Source: Catajapyx aquilonaris (lineage: Eukaryota). Taken from it: a stretch of 64,000 nt of DNA. The notes under the pieces are model-generated. The model was not told the origin of the DNA. It searched no databases and saw only the letters and a program-made list of their open reading frames with translations. Positions 1 to 12,893 of this stretch are shown piece after piece. The first letter of the stretch is position 1. Every line of letters starts with the position of its first letter. The position numbers and the translations under genes are program-made. Location: NCBI GenBank assembly GCA_000934665.2, contig KZ538296.1, positions 1-64,000 of the forward strand. Reading direction: 5' to 3'.

Positions 1-1394
1 TGTGCTCTATTCCTGTTGGAGAATTATCGTACCAAATTTCATTAACATTAAAAAATAGAGGGTGAAGTCCTTTGCATGATCTCTCATGGAATTGCCCAGT
101 TGCCCCCAAACCTCAAGAGATTCCACCCTAAAATTAGTGCAAAAGATGATTCAATAGTTTTAAAATAAATAAATAATGTTGTAAATTCCAATTAGCAGCT
201 GCCAGGCGTCTGCGCACTTCAACGCCGGCCTCTGTATGGCTCGAGGGGCGCATGCTCCGCGCGGCTTGTGAATAGCAGCTCAAGGATGTTTATACTCGTG
301 AGTGTTTATCAACACAGCTTGCTTGGTAGGCCTGTGCCATAATTCATGCTGTGTGTTTATGTACTGCTTTGTTCGGCAATGCCAAGGCTACATACCGATA
401 ATTTTTTGTCAAGCAGGCAGAGTGACAAAAAAAATAGAGTAGGCGAGAAACATACCTCTGCGCCACCTTGTTTGCGCCCTTTAAGACTTTACATCTCCCT
501 ATCGTATGAGAAGAGGGTCACATAGATGGCCTCAGGATCAAGCCTGGACACTATACGATCTTATGCACTACTGATTTCAAGTCTCGTCCCCCACGTCCCA
601 AAGAAAGCGATTCCTTGCAGATACTTGCAAAAACACGAAAAACCACATGTATTATTAGGGTTAATACCTGTTAGAAGATCCCTCATAAGTTTAATTTTGA
701 TGAAGTTGCTCCTAATATTGTAAGATAGAAAATGAAACTCAGTTTTGTCCTATCGGTTTGGTATTGTGGAAATGTGCACTTGAAGGAGGAAATTTTACCA
801 TTTTTTTCACATTTAAAATTGCCCCACCTGCAAATTTATCTTTTATTGTTAATAGAAATGGTACAAAATTGCTGATTTTTAGAGTTGTCAATTGCTCACT
901 ACAACTGGAATTAGTCGAATTAATGTCCCAACTCATGGTTCTCTATTTTCTAACCCCATTTGAAAGGGCCTGTCCTGTGCAACCACTGTCGCAAAATCAT
1001 CAACTTTACTTTTAATGAATTAATATGCAGATCTCAAAATCACGCATCATTTAACCCTCTCGCCGCCGTGTCCATGCTCCATGGACAAACACTATGAATG
1101 CAGTTTTCGGCATATTCACAAGCAAAACACGCAAAATTAACCACAAACATCACATGCTCAAGTGGTTTGTCGGACTTTTTCATATGACGTCATCTTCCGG
1201 CGACCATATTGGGAGAAGTTCTATGCGCAATGATAGAGATTGTATGAAGACTAGCTCAATTTTGGGAATGTAGCAATTAATTAGATCAGTTTCTAAGCAA
1301 TATTTTGCATCGAATCGTTGTTTGATCCTGTATACTTAGCAGCTAGGTTTTTTCCGACCCCCGAGTAGATCCGTATATGTAGTTACAGCTGTTA

Positions 1395-1484
1395 CACGAT
1401 ACAAGAAAATTGATGGTGGTGTACCACCCCCCAACAGGGCCTATGTATGCCTATCACGGGGTAAAACAAACAAATAAAATAAAA
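1395..1484 (+). mobile_element. 5'-truncated SINE/LINE 3' end
   Basis: Flanked by the direct repeat TAGTTACAGCTGTTA (~1380 and ~1484). Ends CTATCACGGGGTAAAACAAAC..., the same tail as the SINE at 31.5-31.8 kb. Confidence 0.6.
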
Positions 1485-2042
1485 TAGTTACAGCTGTTAT
1501 GATATGCATGGCCTAGACTGTGGGGGCAGCATGGTAAATCTGGCGGGGGCAGTGATTCAGTGCGGTTCGAATGATATATGCCGCATGGGGCTAACACATC
1601 GCCTTGTTGAGATATTGAATTTTAAAAATACCATACAGTCATGCATGAGTCATGCGGGGGGAGTAGTGGCGGAGAGGCTACAAAAGGCTAAACAAAAATT
1701 ATCTGAAATTACTCATATCTCCTGTTTTACACTTCAAATCAGAACAAATGTCAAAATTTCAAATTGAGGTGTCTGGATGACAGGAACAGATTGGACAAAA
1801 CTTGAGTTATCAGTTTTTTATAATTTTTCCAATACTCAGTAAAGAGAATGATGTTGTGTTGCTGAAACCAATATATCTTGTTGTCTTGACATCAATCACC
1901 CACGGTGGAGGTCCCCTCATATGGACTTGTATAGAAATTAATAAATACCGGTATTGACATGCCACAATATGCAGGGTAATATGTATAAAGTAAACATTCG
2001 GTTTCCTCCTTTTCACAAACTGTGCATAAAAAGATGGCAAAC

Positions 2043-2770
2043 TAGAGGGCGATTCTCCCACTAAGAAATCCAAACATTCCTTGATAACGTTTTAATTATT
2101 GTACAGTTTCCTATGGAAATTTACATGTGCTTACCTCATATGTTGGTAAACAAGGTCTGCCTAGAGCACAATTATGCTGAAAATCGTCCCCTCCAGCATC
2201 CAAGCATTTTTGTATACAAGTCAGCATATTGGCAAAGACATAATTTGTGCTAATGTGACATCAGTAATGGCAGCAACCTCCTGCTGTATGAGGTCTTTAA
2301 GAGTGTCAGTCGTTTCATTGCTGGAAGGATATTATCAGCAATGCGAGTAATCAATCCTTTACATCCTGCGTCATGTGATCAGACATCTTTTGACCTCCTG
2401 CATGATTCAAAACACTGTTGTTTCTCATTTTTTTGCCAATTTGTGAATACAGGATTTTGACGGTACACTTCCTTCATCATACGTGTTCTGAAATGCCCTT
2501 TGACATTGTTTAAATGAACAAGTTCACCAATATTCACAATCAATAAACATGCACTGTTCAACTGGGTATGTGTTAACATATGTCTTCGCCAATATGCAGA
2601 CTCGCATACAAAAGTGCTTGGATGCTGGAGGGGACCATTTTCAGCATATGCTCTAGACAGACCATGTTTTGCAACATACGAAGTACGCGTCAGTTTTCAT
2701 AGGGAACCATACAATAATTAAAAAGCTATTGAGGAATGTTTGGGTTTCCTAGCAAGAGACTCACCCTGTA
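2043..2770. mobile_element. Tc1/mariner-type MITE (foldback)
   Basis: Long imperfect inverted arms (2043-2230 vs 2590-2770); right end CACCCTG|TA. Confidence 0.7.
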
Positions 2771-2825
2771 TTAAAAGAAGTCCCATTCAAGTCTCAAATC
2801 ATGTAAGAAAGAATCTGATACTAAC

Positions 2826-2941
2826 CGTTCCTTTCGAGTGAAGCGAGGACTGGCCCTCAGCCGTGGAGACACAACTCGCAAGGCCAAACGATCAGTATGC
2901 TTTGGATTGGTGCGGAGTTCTCGTGCTGGGATGCTCTTGGC
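2826..2941 (-). CDS. Double-chromodomain protein, coding exon 4
   Basis: ttttacag acceptor and gttagt donor. Continues exon 3 in frame: AKSIPARELRTNPKHTDRLALRVVSPRLRASPRFTRKER. Terminal exon not identified. Confidence 0.75.
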
Positions 2942-2973
2942 CTGTAAAAATCAAGGATAAAATTTGTTCCCAC

Positions 2974-3404
2974 TGAAGGCCTGTTTCCACCGGCATAATT
3001 TTTGAGCACAAAAATGGAGCACAAAATCAAACAGTTTGGAATTATTCCAAAGTACAAAATTTTGAACTTTTCACAAAATAATTGTGCCCGGCACAAAATG
3101 GAAATACAAGATGGCCAACTGTGGTGGACTTATCAGAATTATTTTGTGATAATTCAAGCACAATTGACAGTTAAATTAAGCTAAAAGATTTTCGGACTGG
3201 GGTTCAGTTTAAATAAAACACATTTGGAACTTTGGGTGCTCCCTTTCGAGCGCTCATTTTTGTTTCTTTTTGTGAAAAGAACAAAAATTGTCCTGGTTGG
3301 AACAGGTGTTTATTTGTGCCGCACAAAAATCGTCAAGGAAACAAAATTGTTCTGGCATAAAATTTGTCTGGAACAAAAATTATGCCGGTGGAAACAGGCC
3401 TTCA
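2974..3404. mobile_element. PIF/Harbinger-like MITE
   Basis: Terminal inverted repeat (TIR) TGAAGGCCTGTTTCCACCGGCATAATTTTTG ... CAAAAATTATGCCGGTGGAAACAGGCCTTCA. Confidence 0.7.
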
Positions 3405-3719
3405 CATCATAACTCTTGTGTAACAAGAATAATTATTCCCTTAAAAAAAACCATCATAAATATCTTCAGAAAAACAGTGCCTACTATCCGTTTATTTAAT
3501 ATAGGCTCCTGTGTTTGACTCAATACAACTTCCAGGCAAATGATGCAAAAAATTAATGTTATATATCGTTAGAAAGTGTTTTTTTTTCCTTTCTTTTTTT
3601 TAAAGTTACCCCATTGGAGAGAATGGAGCTCTTATTAGGGGTGGTGAACCACCGTAAATACCATTTTCTTATTTTTTCTTCAGCACCGGTGCAAGGATGA
3701 AAGGACGTGGGGTAGGGAT

Positions 3720-3914
3720 GGGGATTTTTGGGGAGGGGACACGGGTGCAGATGCAATGTGCAGTCCCCCAGGAGGTTAGGTTGCCAGACACTTCCCAGGT
3801 GCGGGTCAGAGACCCTCCTGACGCAGGCGAAAGGGAGCTCCCAGGCGGGGATCAAACCTGGGACCTTTCACTCAGCAAGCCGAGATGTTACCATCTCGGT
3901 CACCACACCTCCCC
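3720..3914 (-). mobile_element. tRNA-derived SINE, family A
   Basis: Pol III A/B-box-like head; homologous copies at 6750-6955 (+) and 18325-18516 (-). Confidence 0.7.
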
Positions 3915-3927
3915 TTGGAAGGCTTGT

Positions 3928-5007
3928 TTAAAGGGACACTCCACTCAAAAAACAAGTTGACCTCTAAAAATCAGGCCAAAAATTCTGATTCCGGTGATAC
4001 CATGGGTTTTTTTCTACGGCGAACGATAATCCGATAAATAAATGGCAAAGTAGGCCGGCTGCAAACCCCCTGCCCCTCCAGACTCGGCGACACCTACCCC
4101 CCGGGCACCTGGCGGCTGCTTCAGGAAGTAGGGATCGTAGCCGTGCGGGTTTGAAATGCAGTTTGGTGGGATATTTCTGGCTGCTGCCAATACTGTCACG
4201 GAGGTGTTACTTTCCAGACCTCGCCTTTGCTTGGGTACCGGTGGGCTACATCTGTTGCTTACGCATCAGATCCCCATGACTAATAAAGGCCGGGAGGGAA
4301 CGACTGGAAGGCGACACATGTTTATTCTGGCCAGTGTTTTGCTCCTCACCCTCGCACGGCTCAAATTGATACGGGAGGATCCCGTGCGGACTGGGTCGGA
4401 GGCAGCCTCGAACTTCGGGGGTGGTATCTCCCTCGGCAGCCTCCATTCCAGGTCGCGTACTGGTACTCTCCTTTTCCATTACGGAACAGATTCGCTGGAC
4501 CATGCGCTGGACTGCGCCATCTTGGAATAACCGCTACGCGATTGAGAATAGCAGCTAATATGTGTTAGGGCCAGAAGATTGCTAATGGCTCTGTTTCAAT
4601 GACTAACTCCAATTTTACGGGGATCTGATGCGGCAGCAACAGAATGATGTAGCCCACCGGTACACAATTAGGAGCCAAGCAAAGGCGAGGTCTTGAAAGT
4701 AACGCCTCCGTGACAGTATTGGCAGCAGCCAGAAATATCCCACCGAACTGCATTTTTTCAAACCCGCGCGGCTACGACCCCTACTTCCTGAGGCAGCCGA
4801 CAGGGGGCGAGTACCCAACTTCCCCCTGTGGCCGCTGGTCAGGAGGGCGGCTCCACGCTCGATCAGAAGTCGAATTTATTTCGACTTTCGTCTCTTCCCC
4901 TGTCATTACCGTTCGCCTCAGAGATAAACGGATCGCATTCTCGGAATCAGGATTCCTTGCCTGATTTTTAGAGGCCAACTTGTATTTTGAGTGGAGTGTC
5001 CCTTTAA
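3928..5007. mobile_element. TTAA-flanked (Kolobok-like) MITE
   Basis: TTAA|AGGGACACTCCACTCAAAA ... TTTTGAGTGGAGTGTCCCT|TTAA; same TIR at 15674-16159 and 37116-37710. Confidence 0.8.
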
Positions 5008-5508
5008 GGGGGCGCATTAGTAAAAAAATACGGTAACAATGCGAGCCCTTGGCGACCACGTAAACAAACTCGCGTATGCATGGACAGCATATGGGGATTC
5101 GACATGTCTACGCTTCTGCGACTGTACGGCCACAAAAATGGAGCAATGGACACAAAAATTACACCAAAAAATAGGACATGATCTGGCGCAGGGCACCTTC
5201 ATCGTCATTTTACCATTTTCGGCCTAGAAGTGACCTTTTCATCGAGTTGAAGTGAAAGGAAAATGGCGTTCCCGAAAAGCCCATTTGAATAACATGGCGG
5301 CAGGAACGCGACAAAGTCGGGAACGCTTCTGCGCCCGTATGTCCACAATTTTAATGCAATCATATTGAGTATGGTACCATAATAAAGGCCAAACCTTTGC
5401 GCAGGGCACCTTTGTCGTGATTTTTCCGATTAACGGTCCATTTCGCCACAAAATATAAAATTCCCTCAAAAATGCGGCTACCGTATTTTTACTAATGCGC
5501 CCCCTTAA
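5004..5508. mobile_element. TTAA-flanked (Kolobok-like) MITE, second family
   Basis: TTAA|GGGGGCGCATTAGTAAAAA ... TTTTTACTAATGCGCCCCC|TTAA. Confidence 0.8.
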
Positions 5509-6323
5509 ATCCACGTTACATATATGCAAGTTGGTTTCCTATCATCAGTGTGTAAATTTTTATCGCAAGGCGGCGGCGAAGGTGCCATTTATTGACTAGT
5601 TGCCGAAGTTACGTCACAAAATGAATTTCCTTTGACACTTCTCAAGAGGCCAAAAAAATCCCCCTGTGAACCATGGATAATGCAAATCTTTGTCTATCTA
5701 ACGTTATATTTGAAACTTAGAAATTGCCATTTGTGTAATCATAATTAAGTTAATTGCACACCTGTTATCTCCGCCATTTCCCCATACAATTACTTCGCGA
5801 ATGTATCGACGGCAAGCCAGAAATGTGCAGATAAAATTAAACCGTGCTATATTACATTAATTGTTTTAGATGTATTGGGTTATTAAGTTTAATAGGCAAG
5901 TACCCAGCCCACTTTCTGGTGGGAATCCACAGCTATACTTTTAAATACTTCCAAAAATTTTAGTGTAATAGATGATGGTGTAATTTTATCACACACATTT
6001 CTGGCATGCTGTCGATACATTCGTGAAGTAATTCCGATGAGAAACGGCAGAGATAACAGAGGTGTGCAATTAACTTAATTATGATTACACAAATGGTGAT
6101 TTCCATGTTTCAAATATCATTAGAAATTAGATAGACAAAGATTGCACTATCCAGGGGTTCACAGGAGGATTTTTTTGGCCTCCGGGAAGTGTCAGAAAAA
6201 ATATTGTTTTGCACCGTAATGTCGGCAACTAGTCGAAAAATGACACCTTTCTGCCTTCTTCTTGCGATAAACAATTACACACTGATGCCACTCGCATGTA
6301 CACTGTATGTAACATGGATTTAA
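5505..6323. mobile_element. TTAA-flanked foldback element
   Basis: TTAA|ATCCACGTTACA ... TGTAACATGGAT|TTAA; inverted arms cover most of the element. Confidence 0.7.
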
Positions 6324-6749
6324 ACTAGCTTTCCAACGATTTATAACACTAATTTTTTGTATCTTGCCTGGGAGTTGTTTTGAGTCAAACACAGGGGCCT
6401 ATATTAAATAAACACATAGTAGTCTAAGAACAAGAAATACTGCAACGTAGTAAAACCTGTACGAGAGGAATCACTTCAGTCTGCAAAAAAAAATTCGTAA
6501 TGAACTAGTTTCCATCGCATGCAACAGAAATACATTGAAATGCACCAGGACCAAACAAAAAAATATTCTACATGGGACAAGTTTTCGCTATACTCAGAGT
6601 CCACCACAATTTTAGGTTTTATAAAACTACGATTTTTGAGGTCCTTGTGTTATGAAACGAATCTACAGGGTGTCCCAGTTCAAGTGACGGTTTCATGTGT
6701 GCACCTAATTTTTTCCAGGTCAACCCAGCATGATTAAATACATGTAGCT

Positions 6750-6955
6750 GGGGAGGTGTAGGTGGTCGAGATGGTAAAGTCTCGGCTTGCTGAGTGAAAG
6801 GCCCCAGGTTCTATCCCCGCCTGGGGAACTTTCCTTTCACCGGCGTCAGGACCTCTGACCTGCACCTCGGAGGTGTCTGGCAACCTAACCTCCTGGGGAA
6901 CAGCACATGACCCCTTTACCGACATTGCACTTGCACCAATGTTCCCTCCCCAAAA
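6750..6955 (+). mobile_element. tRNA-derived SINE, family A
   Basis: Homologous to 3720-3914 (reverse complement). Confidence 0.7.
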
Positions 6956-7676
6956 ATGGTCGGAAAGGGGGTGAACATGGGGTGAACGAGGTGTGAACCA
7001 AACCCGCCGCTTTAAAATCCGCCTCTACACTGATGGCTCTCAGACCCCATCTTTTTTTAAGTAAATTATTTTCCTTTAATCAACGTCCATGAAGCTAGCC
7101 ACTGCCCTAATCAGGATATCAACAGTTGTCCTGCTCTGTAAATATGTATGCCAGGACCATACTGCCTCACATATGGCTGGATTAGCAGAGCTGAGTCCAG
7201 CTGCCATTGCTTGTCCGGGGTTAGCGGGACACAAAAGGAGGGTCCCCCCTTCTCTATGTTTTGCCTTAGTGGACTGCTTTACCAGAATTGTGCTAGCTCC
7301 GATTAAGACCGCACTAGGCCTAAAGCGCGACTCTGTATGCGAATTTCCTTAGTGCACTGGGTCACGTGATTTAAAACACTGGACTAAACTCTTGCTGTTG
7401 ACTCTGCATATGGCCCATGGTGATCAGTCAAGAGAGCATGATTAAAACTGACCCAGTGCTCAACAAGTCCTCTACTTCCATGTTAGTAATACACGATCAG
7501 AAGGCAATTATCTAAATTATGAGGCTGTAAAGACCAAATGACACCTCTACATAAAATGACTGCACGTACAGTGCAAGGGACTAAAAATTGGCCTGTCTAA
7601 AGCAGAAGGTTTAGTCCCTTTTATCCGAATTGCCTACATAGTTCTGACCTTACGGAAGGTGGTTGGAATGGGTGGC

Positions 7677-7859
7677 TCAGCTCTGCCATCAGATGTAAGA
7701 AGACCGTAACTCACAAACTAGTAAGGGTGAAAGTCGCATGCATGTCCTCCACTAATCCCCTCTGAGTCATGGTGGATTAGTGCAGCGGATATGCATGCGA
7801 CTTTCACCCTTACTAGTTTTTGAGTTACGGTCTTCTTACATCTGACGGCGGAGCTAAGG
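7677..7859. repeat. Short palindromic MITE/hairpin
   Basis: ~65 bp inverted arms (CAGATGTAAGAAGACCGTAACTC... / ...GAGTTACGGTCTTCTTACATCTG). Confidence 0.75.
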
Positions 7860-8442
7860 CTAACCACGCTGATTGGAGGCCTTGGCTGGCCTTTCTCTCT
7901 TAGCATACGCTGTGCAAAAGGGAAGATAGGGGGGAGGTTGTGAGTCATTGGGATCGAAGAGCTGGGGGTAGTGGAAGGTGAAAAAGATAGAAACACCCTG
8001 TGTTCAAGAGACAGTCAGCAAGGCGGTGAAAATGCTCCTGAATCAGCCTCAGAAGGACATGCAGGTCATGCTGCACTTCGTGGAGCAGGAGTTAAGACAT
8101 GGGGAGGATAAGCGGGAGGGGGGAATGCAATGCAAAAGTTGGTAAAGTGCGAGCTCATGGCCTCCGTCCTCCCGGCATGGCCTAGGATGCCACCAGGTGG
8201 CACTGTGTGCATCAATCTCATATAATTGGTGGTCAAAATAGCCTTACAAAATTAATCTCTAGATGGAAAATTGTAGTCCCTTGTACATGATGCCGTGTTG
8301 AGGAACTCAATCTAGAAGTTTAGGGTGGTTTAGGGAGACTTAAATAAGTCGCCTACCTTCAATTCAAGACTTTACAGAAAAGTTGGGTTTTCTGCTCTAA
8401 CCTCGAATTCTTCAGGACCAGATTCCCTTCATTGATAATTAC

Positions 8443-8598
8443 CTTCTCTACTTTTTCCATAAACTGCTCCACAAGATCCTTGCAGTTCAGATGTTCTTCA
8501 GGCTCCCAGGTGTCATGATCACTGCTGTATCCCTTCCAGTGAATAAGAAATTCACGTTTTCCATTCCTCTTGTAGTGAACCTCAATGATCTTCTCCAC
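8443..8598 (-). CDS. Double-chromodomain protein, coding exon 3 (chromodomain 2)
   Basis: cag acceptor, gtaatt donor, phase 0. VEKIIEVHYKRNGKREFLIHWKGYSSDHDTWEPEEHLNC is a canonical chromodomain. Confidence 0.9.
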
Positions 8599-9263
8599 CT
8601 GAGACATGACAGAACTTTTCTTAATATACATAATATTTACCCAAGATCAGCTTCATAGAAAATCATCACAGAGAAATTTACAAACTATCCTACATACATA
8701 CTATTAAGAATAACTTATATTACGTAGGGGTCAGTGCAAATCTCATGCATGATCACCTCTCTCCCTAGATCTTCAAGTGTGTTGCTGAACCACAGGCAAT
8801 ATGTAAAGTAAATCCCAAGTGAGGAAATTGACAGAAACATCACTTGTTTCAGCTCTGAGTGAATATGAAAGCAATATGAACAGGTGGTTCTACTATTCAG
8901 TGCCATGATTACTTCCATAGATTTGTGTAGTTTAGTTTATTAGGAAAGAGCCAAAGAAACTATGGCTATCTGGCTATTGGAAGATGCAAAGGTGTGGCAG
9001 ATGGAGACATAAACAAAGAGGAAAAAGGAAAGACTGGTATCTCTCTTAGTCTGACTCTGTCTCCTATCCCAAAGACCATAACCCCCATAGAACAATCACA
9101 AGAATGATTCCTGTGAACAGAACAACATATGCTTTGCTAACTGCTAATACAGGGTGAAGTAAAACTCGTGGACAATCATCAGGTAGACTGATAGTACTTG
9201 TAACACTAATAGAGGGATGTGCAATTGGTTTTGGATGCCGCTGCATAGTTAATACGTATAGGG

Positions 9264-9690
9264 GTGGCGATAATCAAGAAGATTGACCAGTTCCAGTTAT
9301 CGTACAGATCCCAAATTTTGTACAAAAATTGGCCCTCCTCTGAAACCACCAGGAAAAGTCCAAAACCGGAAGTCGGCCATCTCGGGTCCAGACTGCCGCC
9401 ATTCAAACACGAAAAAAAATCAAACAAAATTGATAATAGGTGGCGATAATAATTTAAAAATGACCAGTTCCAGTTATCGTACAGATCCCAAATTTGGTAC
9501 AAAAATTTGTCCTCGTCTGATACCGCCAGGAAAAATCCAAAACCAGAAGTCGGCCATCTTGGGTCCAGACTGTGGCCCCGCAAACACGAAAAAAAATCCG
9601 ACCGAAATTGATAATTGGTGGTGATAATAAAAAAAGATTGACCAGTTCCAGTTATCGTACAGACCCCAAATTTTGNGGGGGGGGGACAAT
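9264..9690. repeat. Tandem repeat, ~178 bp unit (2 full + 1 partial)
   Basis: GACCAGTTCCAGTTATCGTACAGA recurs at ~9284, 9462 and 9640. Confidence 0.8.
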
Positions 9691-9831
9691 ACTCAAGGTG
9701 AGTGCAGCGCCAATATATTCTCAGGACAAAGACGTTGACCATACTCCGAGGCAGCTGAATTTTTACTTTCTTCGTTTCATTTTTCATTCATTCATTCAAC
9801 CTTGATTCAACTTGACAAAAAGTGGTGAGAT

Positions 9832-10554
9832 CCCCTCAAAAACGCACTCGTAAAAAACGCGCCAAGTCTTCCGCCGAAAAAACCTGTGAGATAGTGTCTG
9901 GGAGCCAAGCCTTGTCCACTCCGCCATACAAAGTCGTGAGATCGTGGTGGACGCCAAGCCTTTCTTCGAGGCTATAAGCTAAGTGAAATGACTTGGCCGG
10001 ACTTGGTTCACGGGCACGAGGAACAATGCGATGCGTGGTTTAATACAATAGAAAGTAAACTTTTAACACTCATTGGTAGAGCCATTACCCAAAAATGTGA
10101 CATTCGAATTGAAATATTTACTTTTAACTGTCAATGGTGGAGCAGTAACGTACCAACATAATTATATAGTTCCTCGATTCATTGGAATAATTATACATAT
10201 ACTTGGACCTCTGATTCGTATCACAGGAACTACAAAATGTCGCCTTCGAACCGCACATGCGCACATGATTACAATCGCGGTTTATTAGACTGAAAATTGA
10301 GTCGTACAGCTTACTGGGAGAACAGTAACTTGACCAAATTCCAGCGAACTGAACGCGTATTGTTCCTCATGCCCGTGAACCCAGTCCGGCCAAGTCATCT
10401 CACTTAGCTTATAGCCTCGAAGAAAGGTTTGGCTTCCACCACGATCTCACGACTTTGTACAGCGGAGTGGACAAGGCTTGGCTCCCAGACACTATCTCAC
10501 AGGTTTTTTCGGCGGAAGACTTGGCGCGTTTTTTACGAGTGCGTTTTTGAGGGG
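9832..10554. mobile_element. Foldback/MITE with ~200 bp near-perfect inverted arms
   Basis: CCCCTCAAAAACGCACTCGTAAAAAACGCG... / ...CGCGTTTTTTACGAGTGCGTTTTTGAGGGG. Confidence 0.8.
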
Positions 10555-10856
10555 ATTGATTTTACTCGACAGTGTTGGGATAATAATCAATTGCATTAAG
10601 GGGTCAAAATATTGTGAATTTGGAGTTAATTTCTAACGCCTCATGAGCATAAAAAATGGTGAATGTGCAGGAATCCTTATTCATATGTTTATAACAACAG
10701 TCAATGGTCCCATATATACTCTCCAAGTTGCATATTGTCCATTAACACCTAATGAATGGGTACCAGTGACTTTTACAGTGAAATAAGGGTTTTATCCTGC
10801 AATGATATGCACTCTTAATTTTTGGCACTTGTTCAAAAATCGAATTTTTTTTTATT

Positions 10857-11807
10857 CAGGGCGTTTCTTACTAGTATGGCCAACAGCCTTCAGTGTATTC
10901 CTTGGGCCAAAACAAGTCGAAAATGTAGGGGGGAGAAATGTCAAGGGACCAACTTTTGATGACATAGATGACCAGAAACATTGGCCAGTGGTTTCCTAAG
11001 GGCTGGAGCAAACGAGGGGATTCGGGAGAAACAAGTTGCCCCTGAATCCACTCGAAAAAGCATAGAACGCATGCACCAGAAGCACGCCCAAATTTCTAAC
11101 ATGGTTCAACCTGGGGGAAACCTGAACGCTCAGGCAGGGGCCAGGCAACTTCTCTCGTCCCCAATCCCCTCTTTTGCGCCAGTCCTAAGGAGCAGGATAT
11201 AAGCGTGACAATTGTGACTGTTGAGATTGGAGAGATCACCTCTCTCACAGAAGTGATTATCCCCACTTATTTACTGCTCCTTAGGCAACCACCGACCAAT
11301 GTTTCTAGTCATCTACGTCGTTGTCGACATCCCGACCCTCCAAATACACATATTGTACTCTTTCTTTTTGAAAATCACGCACCTGCTTCAATTTGCTGAT
11401 ATTGTCTTGTAACAGTGCCAAACATATACCAATCCCAACTCCCAACAGCGACCTGTTCTTGACTGTTGTTTTTCTTTTTCTTTTTTTCTTTTTCTTTTTT
11501 GCTCAAACTGCATTGTACAGCAGGCATACAACTACAACTTGATTTGTTTTGTTTTTGCATTTGTTTTTGATGTGATTCAATACTGAATTGTAAGTCTCAT
11601 AGTATTGTAAAGTAAGGCAAGTACTCTCCGTCAATAGAGGAAAAACCCCCAACGTTAATAAAATATTATTATTATTACTATTATTATAGTCATCTACGTC
11701 GTCAAGGGTTGGTCCCTTGACATTTCCCCCCCCCTACATTTTCGACTTGTTTCGGCCGAAGGAATACGCTGACAGCCATTGGCCACACTAGTAAGAAACA
11801 CCCTGTA
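10857..11807. mobile_element. Tc1/mariner-type MITE with nested inserts
   Basis: CAGGGCGTTTCTTACTAGT ... ACTAGTAAGAAACACCCTG|TA. Confidence 0.7.
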
Positions 11808-11947
11808 TTTAAATATTACACGAAGTTAAAAAGCCAGTGTTGCTTTGTAAAAGAAAGCTCTCAGTTCATTGCAAAGGCCTCCGGGATACTCGAAATCCCA
11901 CCCATCCTGGAAGGTTACCCAGAGTAAAATAATGTCGATTAGAGAAA

Positions 11948-12206
11948 GGGCGACACGGTGGCCAAGTGGTTAGCGCAGCAGCCTTCCACCTCTAAGGTCC
12001 CGAGTTCGATCCCCGGGTCGGACGGAGGATACTTACGTGGATAGAGTTTCGATGGGTTCTCTCCGTGTTCGCGTGGGTTTTCTCGGGGTTCTCCCGTTTC
12101 CTCCCACTATCAGAATCCATCACATTTCAGGCAAATGATTGAAGTCTGGTATTCAAAAGATGATCCCCTAAGAGGCCCAAGGGGCCTATCACGGAGTATC
12201 TATTAT
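11948..12206 (+). mobile_element. tRNA-derived SINE with V-domain-like core
   Basis: A/B boxes; core GTTCTCTCCGTGTTCGCGTGGGTTTTCTCGGGGTTCTCCCGTTTCCTCCCA; 15 bp TSD TAATGTCGATTAGAG (11930 and 12207). Confidence 0.8.
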
Positions 12207-12344
12207 TAATGTCGATTAGAGTAGTCCAGGTAATCACAAATTTAAATAAAGAAGTGAGGAGGGGAGGCAGAGTGAAAAAAACTCACATTACAGAAATGAC
12301 AGTACAGTCATGTAATTAAAAATCACGTACGGAGTTTTTTTTAC

Positions 12345-12893
12345 TACAGTTGAATCCGGATATATCAGCCTCGGCTATAACAGACTTTCGGTTATAGCAG
12401 ACTCGAAAGGCTGGTTCCAGCAACCTTCCATAAGGCCCTGTGTATTTTTACTCCTGATATAACACTCATTTTCACCTTACCTCAGCTATAACAGACCATT
12501 TTTTTGGTCCCTTGGTGGGAAAATGTGCTGTTTTTGATTACTCAACTTCCTTTCCCATGTGAAGAAAGCACTGCATACTCAAGCAGGAGTTATTCCCCCC
12601 CCCCCCCCCCCCNCCTCACCGATCTAACACTTTCAGAAATGGTCAAACTCATGCTTTTTCTGATATAGTTAGCAACATGGAGACGGCAGAAGAATATGGC
12701 GGATTTTTTTTGGTCCTGCCTAATTTACAGGTGAGCTAATTTTCCATTATTGTGGATAGGTTCATTATGCAGTAGAGTGATTTATAATCATACGGAAAGC
12801 AGAAACTTTGTGTATGCATTGAAAAAGTGCTATTTGGCTATAACATCCTTTTTTCCATGGTCCCTTTAAGTCTGTTATATCCGGATTCAACTG
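12345..12893. mobile_element. pogo/Tigger-like MITE
   Basis: TA|CAGTTGAATCCGGATATA ... TATATCCGGATTCAACTG. Confidence 0.7.

Noticed and set aside
500..2400. Candidate terminal exons of the chromodomain gene
   Set aside because: Acceptors are weak or inside a MITE and the peptides are unconvincing; the last exon may lie outside the window.
11948..12025. tRNA gene calls for tRNA-like heads (also ~3840-3914, 20565, 31496, 41043)
   Set aside because: Each continues into a repeated body with tail and TSDs and lacks a clean cloverleaf, so these are SINEs.
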